A DNA stretch of 64,000 bases from Ophelia neglecta (Eukaryota): the NCBI GenBank assembly GCA_965285935.1, contig OZ260665.1, forward strand, positions 59,272,001 through 59,336,000, written 5' to 3'. Under the pieces are notes generated by a model, which had not been told where the DNA came from, searched no databases, and saw nothing but the letters and a program-made list of their open reading frames with translations. Each line of letters opens with the position of its first letter. The stretch's first letter is position 1. Shown here piece by piece: positions 51,801 to 64,000 of the stretch. The position numbers and the translations under genes are program-made.

Positions 51801-54800
51801 ATGGCCATCTGCTTTGATATATTTGCTATTACAATTGTCATTGATCTATTGGGTTTGGTGCTCAAATAGATCGGCCCTGGTTAAACAAAACCTGCTCTGA
51901 CAGTTTGCTTCATTCTCAGTTATGATTAGACAATGGTGTTACCAGCTCCGAGGTCGGCCACAGTCTATATAAGAGTGAGCAGCTAACGCCACACATGGCA
52001 GAAGACTGTCTAACATTACATGATGACACACAGTCAATATTGCCACAAGACAGCTGGTTTCTGGCCATGGCCCAACACCGTTTGATTCTGATATACTAAT
52101 TGTTCAAACACTTCCCAATGATCAAACAAATATAAGTTGACACAACCAAGGCGATTTATACACACATTAAACTGGAACATTCACGAACACTTTCCCATTC
52201 ATTGCATGTGTACTTTTACCATTTTTGCCTTCTTTATTAGTTTGAACACTTTCTAAGGGCAAAGGTTCTAGAACGACAATTTTGTCATCGGTGAAGAAAC
52301 TTCAGAACTTCGAGAGCTTGAAGTAGGCATTAGTATAAAAAGTCACACTCTCAAGAACATTGGTCACCCGAGGCGTATTGTCTTGTCGAAATCGATAAGA
52401 TATTATATCTGTGAATCCCTATGCTCGTCACAATAAGCGACATTGTCTGGTAAACTAGAGATTGTAATGGCGGATCTTCTGTTCTTCAGTTATTAGTGTC
52501 TACAGGCGATCCGCTTGATTAGACTCGCCAATTGACATAAAAGCATTGCAGCCAACGTAATGTAAGATAGCAGACTGAGTCCAACTCTGATCAATGTTTA
52601 TACTCTCAACAGAGATACCACCTGCCATACTCTCATTAATTAAAACGCCTGGCTCCAATGCGATAATCATAATTTCTGAGATGGGAGTACAAAGAAAATG
52701 GTGGGCCTACAACGCAATAGGGAATACCTACAGAAGCCCCTGCAGAAGGAGAGATTAACTGAGTCCTTTGAAACGCGATATATGACCATTGTCCATTGCT
52801 CTTCCGATTTGATCCCCTGCTGTAGACTGTATTCGTTATATACAGCCGAAAACAGGGGTTATTGGTAGACTTGTGTCTGTCCTTTGGGATCCTTTACGTA
52901 TTATCCAGGCCCAATCCTCTCTTGGGAGTGCATTTGTCTTCGCCACAGAAGTGAAAGGAAATATTGGAGCAGCGTGAGCCACCTTGAGAGTGCACCTTGA
53001 GGCCACAGTCACCATTTACTGCTACGAACATGAACGTCGAAATGATTCTACTGAGCCCCTCCTTCTCTCAAAGCAGGCTTTATATAACACATCAGATAGC
53101 AGGACAAAACAGGTTACATTTAAAGTAAAGCTTCTAAATCGTACAACCGTACAGAAATATTTTTTTCTTTTGGGGGAAGTTATTTCTTTCCAAATTGCTT
53201 AAATAATATTTAAATTATGACAACGAGAACTATCTAGGATATATGTATAGGTGTGACATCATACTAGACAACCAGTAGTCAGACTGTGACATTTTTCTGG
53301 CTTGTCACACTTTGGAGGCGATTTCGTGGATTGATTGTACGGACACAGAGAGTCTCCCCAATCAAGGAGGACGGGGGGGGGGGGGGGGGGGAGTTACGTC
53401 CTGCTGGCCTGATGGGATGAAGATCCTCCCATTGACTAAGCCTCGCCACTTCCTGCCCGGCTCTTAGACTCCAATCGACCAAATGGTTTAAAACCAGCGT
53501 CTTCTTAGCCACAAAAGGCGGTTGGCCTCTGAGCATCACTCTGTCCATTTGTCAATCTTTATTGCTGCCCCATTGCTTCTGGACCGGCCGAATAAATGGA
53601 AAGTGAACCGCCGTATTTTATCAGCCGGGAAGTCATTGGAGAAGAAGCTGTGCCTGGAAAAAAAGGCTGCGTTGTGACGCGTTTTGAAAATGGGAGATGA
53701 TTGAGACCGTAAGGGCGCCAATAAACTGGTGGCTGATGGTCGGTGGAGCGTGTGCCCTCAATGGCGGAAACAGATGAACCTACTCCTGTGCAAAACGTCA
53801 GAGATGGCCGCGCTGAAAGAATCGGCATCTTATCTTCGGTCCATAGAACTGTGTTTGCATTGCGGGTCAATGCCATTACCAGATGTCGAGAAGAGGGTGA
53901 CTATACTCTCGAGAAGACCACTCAAACAAGTACTCCTGTACTCTGTCATAACAGAACATCACGGATACAACCATGTCAACATCCATAACCACAAATAGAG
54001 GCTACTTAGGCTGCGGATTCGGCAAATGGTTCTGCCAAAGAACCCAGTAATGCAGCAAGCAATAAAGTTACATTTATAGTCTGTGGCATTGGCCTCGTTA
54101 GAGCTCCGAGCAGATGTCATATTACATCGAGTAAGCAAGGGCAACGCATTTTGTCTTTGAAAGTGTTTGCTTTTGTGGTAAATTATAATAGACAATGAAG
54201 TGAAATGATAAAGTGCGGGTCTGGAAGTTGTTCGATTCACATGTCGAACGACACATGTAGCAAATGGCAATCGCCTATATCTATCCTCTGTGTGAAGCAA
54301 CTTTCATATAATCACATGGTTTTTAATGACAAGCCAGCTTGAGTACAGTGTGATATGAAATGTGTGATTAAAATGATATCTGTAACATGGGGTCAGTTTT
54401 CTTTTTATAGAACTGTTCTAACAAAAGTGGCATATAAACTAAACCTCACTCATCCTGGCTTTAGAATGGAATGACACTCGAGTATTCATCAATTGAGACC
54501 GAAGGCCGAGGGTCTTAATAGCGGATCTAAACACGTTTAATTGAGCTATAGAGGCCAGTCACTTTAAGTTTTGATATTAAGGATGGCAGTTTTATCATCT
54601 TTGTCTTTGAATAATTGAATCTAGCTGTCATTCCAGTATAGCGCTGGATCTAATCGGGGGAAAAATCATATCTGTTCGTATCTGTCGCGGGCAGAAATGA
54701 GTCGGGGTAACTCCTGGACATAGCATCGACAGCCGGTCTGACTATGATTCTGGTCACAACACAAGGACGTGACACTGCATCTAAAGTCGGACAAGTAGAT

Positions 54801-57800
54801 TTACTCAACTCACTCCAGATCACGGGTTTCATCGGAAGTCAGTCGGGCAAGACAATGACCCAGTGTAAATACACATCGGCATGTGAGATAAGCCCAGTTA
54901 GCGCCATCTTTGTTTTTACGCTCTGGCAGACGCTTCCTTTTATCGCCCGGAAGTCGCTTCAAGTGGCACTTACGAAACAAGACGCTCAGCTCTAATTGTA
55001 CTCGCGAGTACTCACAATGACCATTCCAAATTAAACAAAAGTGTCGCCATCACGCCTATCTACCTTTGAATCGTTGATGAGATGACGAAAATGGTGACCT
55101 TCCAATTATATGTATACTTAGTGGAAAGACAGAAAGTATGCAATGTCGTGATTTCTGGGAAAACGCGTTCAGGCCTTCATTGTTATCAAATAGATGTAAA
55201 GAGGGGGCTATTGCCACCATTAAAGTATTTGGTGGGCACTTTTACCCATTTGCTATTGTAGTGTGATAATTTAGACCATAAACTTCGATTGCTATAAATT
55301 GCCATGATGTCTGAACAATATTTGAACATAAAATGGATCATGGCCTGCCCATAACGGCCCTACTGGTACTACCACGAATACCACCACGAGATACTGACAG
55401 ACAACCGCAAGCGTTCGGCTTTGACACGCCTTAAGGTCAGCAAATAATAGCACAAAGTATTGATTTTTACAGTAATTTCGATGTTATAAAAATAAATGAA
55501 AAAACTATAGGGAACTTTCATGTTCTTTGAATGTATAGAAAAACCTTCGATCCAGAAAATGTTTCAATTATATAGATTTGGCATCGCCTATCTATAGGAG
55601 GCTGACAAGTTGTCGAGAAAACCATCTGTTAAACTATAAGCGGCGAACGCACGCAAGAAGAATGATGAATAGTCACGCTGGTTTGATACATGAAAAGAAA
55701 CATGTTCTCATAACTGTGTTGATTTGAATTGATGGTGCTACCAAAATCTTGGCATAGATATATGGCTCGAAAGATGTCCTATGACTGCCTTGACGGTTGT
55801 AATCAGTAATACTTTTTTAATAGGAGCAGCAGAGATGTAATTTTCAGTCTTATCATTTTATTAATAATTCTACCCAGACTGGACCGAACAAATACCATCA
55901 TTTTCTGTTTATCTGGGCTAAAGAAATATGACTTCCCACTCATGTGTTGCGTCTTTCATTTCAAAAACGGCAGAGAGGAGTGGAACCAGCTTGCGAGATA
56001 GGAGGTCTAGGGAAATTGGGGCACGATCGAGGCGGCCCTGAGAGGAGCTGAGCCATAGCAGGAGGGGTTCTGGGAGTTCTATATCCTGCGGCCCCTGGAG
56101 TAGGCTCGCCAGGAAGGGCGTCTTGGTGAGGGGCCGAGCTTACGCTGAATGCGGCAGACGATATAAGCAATGTCAGACACTCGGCGGCCCTCAGCCATGC
56201 AGGCCAACAGGTGGTTCCTTAACCTAACGTTCTGCTCAGACGACCACCTTCAGGCCAGACCAATGACACCCCGCAGACGGTAGTTAATCATCTACAAACC
56301 AAGGGTGGAAGGCCTTCTGGTATTTTCTTTTTGAATACCATTGCTTCATTTTATGGAGCCTTATATACAAACATAAAGCCCAAGGAGATTCCATCTCCGC
56401 CCATTAAAGAGAGCCTTCCCTCGGAATCAAGCGGCACTACCAAGGCCTCCACAGACTATTTCGGTGATGTTTAGCAGTCCCATGGTGGGTATGAATCCCG
56501 ACAAGTCTTATGATCTTCTTTGCCAACTTTTCCACAATTTCCACAAATCATTGATCTGTGTCTCTATTTTTTCAACCATTGAATCTCCTTTTCCGTACTG
56601 CCTATCTATAGGCCTTCAAGCTGTAGGAGACTCGATGCCGTTTCTATTAATAGACATGATACGATATTTTTCCCCGGGCAAGTCTCAAATCTACACCGGC
56701 AACGCCCCAGGAAGCCATCAAGAAACGAGGACTACATCCATCCAGGAGGAAACTCGCACAGACAACAGGAAAAAGCTCTCAAACCCTGACCAATACCAGA
56801 AAACACGAACATTACAAACAGATTTGTTAGAAAGGACGAATTTCAACCGCTTTTGAACTTCTTCCTTAGATTATGTTGAGCATCAGTAATGAACATTAAA
56901 CCTTTTAGCCGCAAGTTAGACGGAAAATGTACGAGACTTGCCCACATTCTACGCCCTTGAAGCAAGTAATCTGCAATGGTCGCTACTGTTGACCTCCACA
57001 TTCAGCATATTTGAGTTATGGACTGTGATGGCCGATGAGTACGGAGAGAAGCTTCGCTGAAAACCGTCTCTCCTACTCAGCTCCTGGCCACAATATCCAT
57101 TTTTCAGCTGTCAATTTCCACCAGAAACGTAGATTATGAAAGATTAAACCAACTTGTGCAGGAAATTCACTTAGGCGGCTATTGTATCGACAAAAGGGCG
57201 CGGGGGACGAGGTCTGTCACTCCCTGCTACTATTTCATTGCCAGATAGCATCATCAGGCTGAATTGACACGTCCAAATGACCATAGTTATGGTGCAGACG
57301 ACATATCAATTGTAGCGTCAGTACATTACTGAGACCAATATTTGATCTTACGGCCTCTTGTCCACTTTTCCATTGCGTGCGATCAACACATCACCGACTT
57401 CACGGCACAATGATACCGGATGATTTGCAATGAATGGATTTTGGGAAGCAGGCAATTGCTCCATTTACCACATTCTCTTCTTGAAAATTTGGCTCTATGG
57501 TCTTACAGATAAAATTTGACACAGTTTTTGTAGGAACTAGGAATGCTACCGGAATTTTATCATAGCTTTCCGTATCCAATTGTCTGGCGTTACATAAATA
57601 GTTTTGAAGCGCCAAAACAACCGTGACCTTGATAAGATACAGGCATACACCAACAACTCGATTTTTGTGCTTTTTTCACCATATTTTCGCTTTTCATTTT
57701 TTATAACAATTGAATGAGAGTTGTAGTCAGTATTGGCATTCGAAGTTTAGGTGCCAAATTACCAACCGACTAAGGATTTGAGCTGTTTAACCGAGGGTGG

Positions 57801-60800
57801 GGATTACAAATGAGTTGGCAAACGGCCTCCTAGGTCGGGGTAGATGCCAAACGACATGCGAGCCCTCCATTGTGGGCTCTAAGCTGTTACTACCACACGA
57901 ACTTCCGTTTGACTTTCGTGACTTGCCAAATCTCGACTTGGGGAGATCGACAGAGCGTCAATTACACGGCGCTCTCTGTCTGACTCGCGTGTCATACCGC
58001 CATTGTCTCCGATAGGTATTATCGAATAATTTGGGGAAAGGGGGTTGTGTACGTGGATCAAGGCCCTACGACCCCGGTATATTGGTCCAACATCGACTTA
58101 CCTAGGCCTGTAACATCTCAGGCTGATACTTATAACCTCTGACTCGATATAAGACGAGAAAGCGGTCAAAAGTCACAAGCAAACGGAGAACTCTATCTTT
58201 TATATCTAGCCAATCACTGCAAGAGGTATTTGAGAAAAACCGAAAATAGCATACTATAATAAATAAATCTGGCCAACAAACATAGAGGGAATCAGATAAG
58301 ACAGTCAATAATGGTAAATCCACCCGTCAGTGCTAAATATATAACATAATATTATTATCTAGATCAAATACTGACACAATTCTCTATTCTCCGCGCTGTT
58401 CAAACATATTACAAACATCACTTTGAAGTGAAATGATTCATTTCGATATCCTAATAGGCCTGACTAAAATTATTTATGATATGTGCGTGGCGTTTAAAAT
58501 GAACTTCCCTGGGTTTATCGGCGGTAGCTATTATAAGCGTGAAATTTGGTGTAGATATCTTATCCGACGGCATTACTCGGAAAAAAAGAATGATCTATGA
58601 TGAAGCTTCGATTCCAAAAGTGATTAATTACATATGTGGCTTATTAAATAGTTTCACAAGACCTGCTGGAGAATGTTTTGCATACCAACTCGTGGAGAAT
58701 GTATGTGGCCTCGTACGTGAGCCGTGGTTGACCAAGTGCGACCAAACATCACGCAGAGTAACGTCAGTTCTCGCGATATCCCACGTGATTTATGCGAGCT
58801 GTTTAATGAAATTAACCTGTAGATAGCGGAAACTATACAAACATATACCCAGATAGCCTAGAATGATAGGAGACACGAGTACAGCATCTCTTATCTTACA
58901 TTAATAGTATTGGCAACGTTAGGCCCCTGATAGCGCCCTATAGACGCAAAACTATACAAAACTAGCACAGGCATCGTATCCGGTGTCAGCAGGGAGCAGA
59001 GATACCTGCTCAGTCGACCTGTTGACATCTCATCTGACGAGAGGAAAATGTGCTTTGGAATGTCTTTATTATCCAATAGATTTAAAAAACCAATGTTGAA
59101 AAGTATCATACTGTGCCTGCAATGTGTCAGCAATGTGCCTACATTACTCAGAAACAGAATAGGTGTTTCCTGCTCCGCGTTTTGCACACGCCTCTCTGGA
59201 GTCTGGCGGAACGCCACCCCACCTGGGAGGGTAATCACCCTTCAAAACAGACGTCCTTCTTTTATGATCAATAAAATCATGCTACTTGCTCTAAAATGTT
59301 TTATAAAGTCCCACTTGCCGAAATGTTAAAATAAGATCGACTTAAGCTTTATTATAAAGATAGCTATAGGCTTAGACTGTACAAATCTGATATGCGTGAC
59401 AGCTTACAAACGTAGGATGTAAGCCTATATATGCCTGCAAGCCGAGACCTATAGCTCGGGGGAATATTACTCTATTGTTGTGGAATTAAATGATACTCGG
59501 TTTGTTATCCAGACGAACTTGGATTTGCCATTGATTACTAAAAACGAACACTGATTACTATCTGGTCTTAAAAGCACAATGAATTATAAAGAAAACGCGA
59601 GGTTAAAGAAATGTTATATCGCTAACCCATTAGTATAGAAAACAAACAGGGTGTTTGGAGCGGGAGCGAGGGTGATCTCGGGGTATCACTCTATAATCTC
59701 CCTTGTCATTCATGTCGAGGATTCACCAGGGACGGCCACCGAGGCAATTACATTTCCACGGCGTTCCATTTGGACAAATTCATCGTGGAAATGGTGAAAG
59801 TGGCATATCAGCTTCGGCTATAAATCCTAGGTATTACAACGCTCATGAGGTAGCCCTTGAATAGTTAGCGGAGATCGATCGCATCCGATACAAAGTTAAG
59901 CGCTTTCTTTCAGAGACAAATCACAGACTCAACATTGGTAAGAAATAGCCATTGGATGAGATAGAACTTCGTGGAAAATAGAGTTTGCTCTCAGCTGTCA
60001 TGAAACTACAATCTTATAGTCTTGAAAGTATAACAGTGCTGCAGGTCTGGACTGTGAGTAGACGTTAAGGATATGGTCTGCGACAGGTTGTTGATCTGTT
60101 TAGCTTAAGCTGCCATTGTGGGCATTGTGCTGTAGTGACTTAATGTAAATAGGCCTGAACTAGTCTAGTTATCGCTTTAGCACTATTTAAGCACCATGCC
60201 AATATTTTGGCGATTCCTTTGGCTTATTTCCAACACGTACTTTGTGTAAAGGTGAGCAGTCTAAACACTTCACTCGTCGCTTCTCGAGAGGATACAATTG
60301 GCATATGAGAAGAGCCATTAAAGTTTAAACTGGTGTGCCGAGAGTTGTCTTATAGGGTCTAGGGAGCAGGTGCCAAAGCTCGAACTGACTGCAAATCTAC
60401 CCAAACTCCTACATTGAGCTACATGATATACAGCGGGCGGAGTAAAGGCTGAATTCTCGACATAACATATAGCTGAAAACTACAGAAAATTGGACAAAGG
60501 AACAAACTCAATCAAGGAGATAGGGAGCGTCGTGGTGACGAGGGAGCAGCACTATTTACCTCCGGTCATTGAGTTGCACCCCCCCCACCTCCCATTCCCC
60601 TTTCATCCTCCTCGTACATTACTGATTTGCCCAGAACTAAGAATTCTGATTTAAGGCAGTGGATCTTTCTTTTCGACCAGTCATTATAACTGGCACGCCT
60701 CCCTCACTATTGACCGCACAAATCAAATTTCTGTCCAACCTTTGGCCAAATATGATTTATTTTGCCACCAAATAGCCCGCCACTCTCCAAGGTGGGCAAC

Positions 60801-61785
60801 TCTTAAGAGCCACGACAGCAATCAATGGCTTTCAATTACCAATTTAATCTGCGAGACAACAACAGGTCATAATTATACCTGCCACCGTACCTGACATATA
60901 AATGATGGTTTACAAAGATAGCTATATATATATATAAATAAAAGCATCTTGGGAGGTTTTGTGGCAAATGATTGCCTGCAGGAAGTTTGGCTGTCCTTAA
61001 TGCCGTACTGTATTGACAGGGGATACCATCAAAGCGTACAAACAATCGAACACTTTACTTCAGATTTTTCCTTCAAATTGCAATAAAACGATACTGATAA
61101 ATATATAATCTAACTATATAAGCTTATTCTCCCGTGCGAGGCATATAAAAAAGGCTTGTATGGCCACTCCAGACATACGCCCTTGTCCTACTTGATAAGG
61201 AATATAGCTTTATCATCGGCCAGTATAGATAAATAACCAGGTTGCCATGATATAAATAAGTTGATGACTGGCTTAAAGGCAACAACTGTTTACAACGAAC
61301 CAAGTTCTCAGGAGAAGAAAGTTCTATCTCCGGTAGTATCACCCTTGATAACTGATCTAGGACAATAAATGACATGACACAACTTGACAGGGCACTGACA
61401 AAAGGGATAAGTGAGAGAAACAACCAAAAACCGTGTAAAGAAACACGGCCATGGCATTCTTATACCAAGGCACCAAAGTCAATTAATTCCCCAGTAGACC
61501 GAGCGTGTCTTGAGGAACGGTGTCGGCCGAATATTTCACACCATGAATTTATTCAGTTATGTCAGCACTCACATCAATACAGCCATCCTCGCTTTAGGTC
61601 AAAACGCGAACCAACGTTGAAATAACATGGATTTACTAAGTTCTACATTCATACTTTAATATATGTTGTAATGAATGGTATTTTTGCCAGTGAAATATCG
61701 CACTGATCTACAAGTGAATTCGTATTTTTGTCTTGCCTTTTTCTCGCATTTTGCTTCCAATGTTAATACATCATATTATTGCTGT

Positions 61786-61910
61786 CACAGGGCCTTTTAA
61801 AACTGAAAATCTCCCATATAGAGTCACTCTATACTATATAAAAATAACTTATTTTTATATAGTATATAGTGATTCTATATGGGAGATTTTCAGTTTTAAA
61901 AGGCCCTGTG
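61786..61910. mobile_element. Palindromic (foldback) MITE with 8-bp TSD, P-element-like termini
   Basis: 62-bp arms with only 2 mismatches around one central base. Flanked by the direct repeat attgctgt at 61778-61785 and 61911-61918. Termini CACAG...CTGTG. Confidence 0.9.
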
Positions 61911-62682
61911 ATTGCTGTTGTATTATTAAATAAACAACGAACAGTTATACTTTTATTTATTCATTTAAGCAGGGTAACCTGGCCAGTTGTAGTGTTTTTA
62001 AATCTGAGCCTGCCAAATCTACAGACATTGATGAGATAATGTAGTCTGGTTAAGAAGAATAAGACAAGGACGCCCGCAGTGCAACCTCCACGATCACAAA
62101 GGAGAATGTAATGGATGGCTGGTATGAGCTTCAAGCCTATATAGATTTATAATAGAACGGTTTTGACCCCGAGGTTTGGTACATCACATACTTCATACCT
62201 GGTCTAATTTGTGATGGCAGGCGATAAGAGAAAGGTTCGAAGTGCACATACAGGTGTATTGCATTGTGTGTATACTCCAATGTTAATCTGATAACATATC
62301 AACAACCAACAACGCACATAGTCCTGGGTAACTACATGGCTTAAGACAGGTAGATTTCAAATATCATTAAGTGTACAGGCACGTAGATCGTGTTTCCAAA
62401 CTGTCGAACAGGATACACTTTTTTAAAGTCCTCTTTAACGAGAATTGAATCACGTATTTGCTTAAGGACCAGGAGTGTCCTTAAAGTCACCTTTTTGTAT
62501 CTGTTATATACATATCCCAAATACCTCCAAATCAAATCCAATAGAAATGAGGGTACAATTTCAAAATAATATACGCCTACTTTATATTCGATAGCAAACA
62601 GTCCAAACTAGACACACAATAATAAGACCTTTAAACATTCCCCTACCCCTGAACTCTATTCATATATGTACAAATCACTTAC

Positions 62683-62761
62683 CTGTGACGAGAAGAGTGG
62701 GCCAAATGGTTATTAAGGCAAGTATCGCAGGACAGGTATTCCTTAACCAAGGAGGTTCCAT
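62683..62761 (-). CDS. SUEL-CUB-CCP receptor exon 1: signal peptide (MEPPWLRNTCPAILALITIWPTLLVT)
   Basis: ATG in strong context (aggATGG), hydrophobic h-region, consensus donor cag|gtaagt. Phase 1 joins exon 2 to give ...LLVTVRS/SLVIEK, a plausible signal peptidase site. Confidence 0.85.
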
Positions 62762-63028
62762 CCTGATTTGTAGCGAAAGACACCAACTTATCCAGGCGGG
62801 ATGTGGACAGCAAACCACTGTCAGTAGATATCCTACGATATTCTCGGGTTTTCACGCCATTCTGGCAATTGATATGGAAGTTTTCAGTTAATTAGCCGAC
62901 ACACACCCTCCTCGATGCAAGGCGGCTGTTCAGTGTATTCCCCACCACTACGCCGTTTGAACTGGGCGACTCAGTCGAGTGTGTAATCTACACATTCCGC
63001 TGCTAGTCATACTGGCGGAATATCGACC

Positions 63029-63170
63029 AGCACGCATGCGTGCTCCGCGGACGCCCGAGTCGACCGCTAGAGGGGAGATGGAGTGGGCAACAGATCAAAG
63101 GGAGTTCTCTGATCAAGGGCAGGATCGAACTTGACATGTCAAAGCTTTACAATGTTCTGTTTATAGGATT
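63029..63170 (-). promoter_or_regulatory. Candidate promoter / 5' region of the receptor gene
   Basis: CpG-rich. Contains TATAAA on - at 63160-63165, a 16-bp palindrome agcacgcatgcgtgct (63029-63044, NRF1-like core), a CTCF-like cgaccgctagaggggag (63061) and a TCF/LEF-type agatcaaagg (63092-63101). The TSS is not determinable from sequence. Confidence 0.45.
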
Positions 63171-64000
63171 GCTTGCGCTGAATCAGAATGCCCGCTGAAC
63201 ACTCCTGCGCTGGTGCGGGCGTCTTGCTGTCTTAAGCCGTGCAAGGATTTTCCCGACTAAACGCACGCTTATAGAATGAAGATGACATTTGAATGCGTTA
63301 ATTGTCCTCCCATCCTCCTCCCATCCACCGTAACTCACCCACCGTCAGCTCACTCTTACCCCTTAGTGCACCAAATCACCAACGAAAGATTTATTGTTGA
63401 AAAATAACATCTGTTCGATCAGTTAACGTTAAGTATAATAATTTTCTCCATCATGTCCATTTAGAGCCATGTACGTTATTAACTTGCAAGATTACGAAAA
63501 CCAAGTCGCTGTTAAGGGCTCCGTTTTTATGCAGGCAAACTCCACGTCGTTTTTTCCTTGATAAGAGCCAGTACTATACTGTGTGCCAAACTTGAAGTTA
63601 ACCAAAAAATCCGAAATTAATGATAAACAACACCTATCAATATGGAGTGATGTTTAAACATTGAGGCTCTGATAAATTTAACCCCAAGACATCGGTTTTA
63701 GGACAGACGCGACTCTTACGCTTGGTAATCTGTCGCCAATTTTGTGGCTATGATCTCAGTCGTGTCACTTTACAGTATCTGAAATAACGAGTTTATCATC
63801 ATATCCTGGTTTGTAATCAAATCACATCTTAATGTCACAATCATTCTTAATTCCTTATTTCTCGTTTTAATGCTGATCTAATCCGATTTCAATAAGCCCT
63901 TAAGATGGTTTAATCAGGCCGGAGCTCGTAACATTACATCGATTTTGATTTAGTTGTGTTTTTACTGACCAAATCGTTTCTGAACAAGTTGATGTTAATT

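Larger units (their letters stand above)
32345..62682 (-). other. 30.3-kb first intron of the SUEL-CUB-CCP receptor gene
   Basis: gtaagt...ttcag boundaries join the signal-peptide exon to the lectin exon in frame. No convincing coding exon was found inside. Confidence 0.8.

Noticed and set aside
45131-59329. Longer intronic ORFs (45131-45508, 56464-56856, 58891-59238 etc.) as nested genes or transposase remnants
   Set aside because: No recognisable motifs, many start at non-ATG codons, and their composition is random-like.

Overview
Eukaryotic (animal, probably a marine invertebrate/lophotrochozoan; taxon is inference) genomic DNA, roughly 40% GC, with one assembly gap (15991-16192). It holds two convergent intron-containing genes. 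(1) + strand, 77-~5910: the last five coding exons of UPF1 (core nonsense-mediated decay helicase; RGG- and SQ-rich C-terminus ending ...SQY*), with an intron starting immediately after the stop codon and a ~2.3 kb 3'UTR exon. (2) - strand, 62761->10131: a complete 8-exon gene, reconstructed by hand with phase-compatible GT-AG junctions, for a ~662-aa type I membrane protein: signal peptide - SUEL/rhamnose-lectin-fold domain - (optional 41-aa linker exon) - CUB - sushi/CCP - Thr/Pro stalk - TM - ~260-aa disordered cytoplasmic tail with YxxP, PxxPxR and NLS-like motifs. I cannot assign it to a named family, and it is the best candidate for an undescribed receptor system. Its first intron is 30.3 kb. 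Other features are a 41-bp GC-rich minisatellite, a nearly perfect 125-bp palindromic MITE with an 8-bp TSD, a TA-flanked Tc1/pogo-type MITE, and several candidate regulatory motifs. Most ORFs in the supplied track are spurious. No CRISPR, rRNA or tRNA genes were seen.
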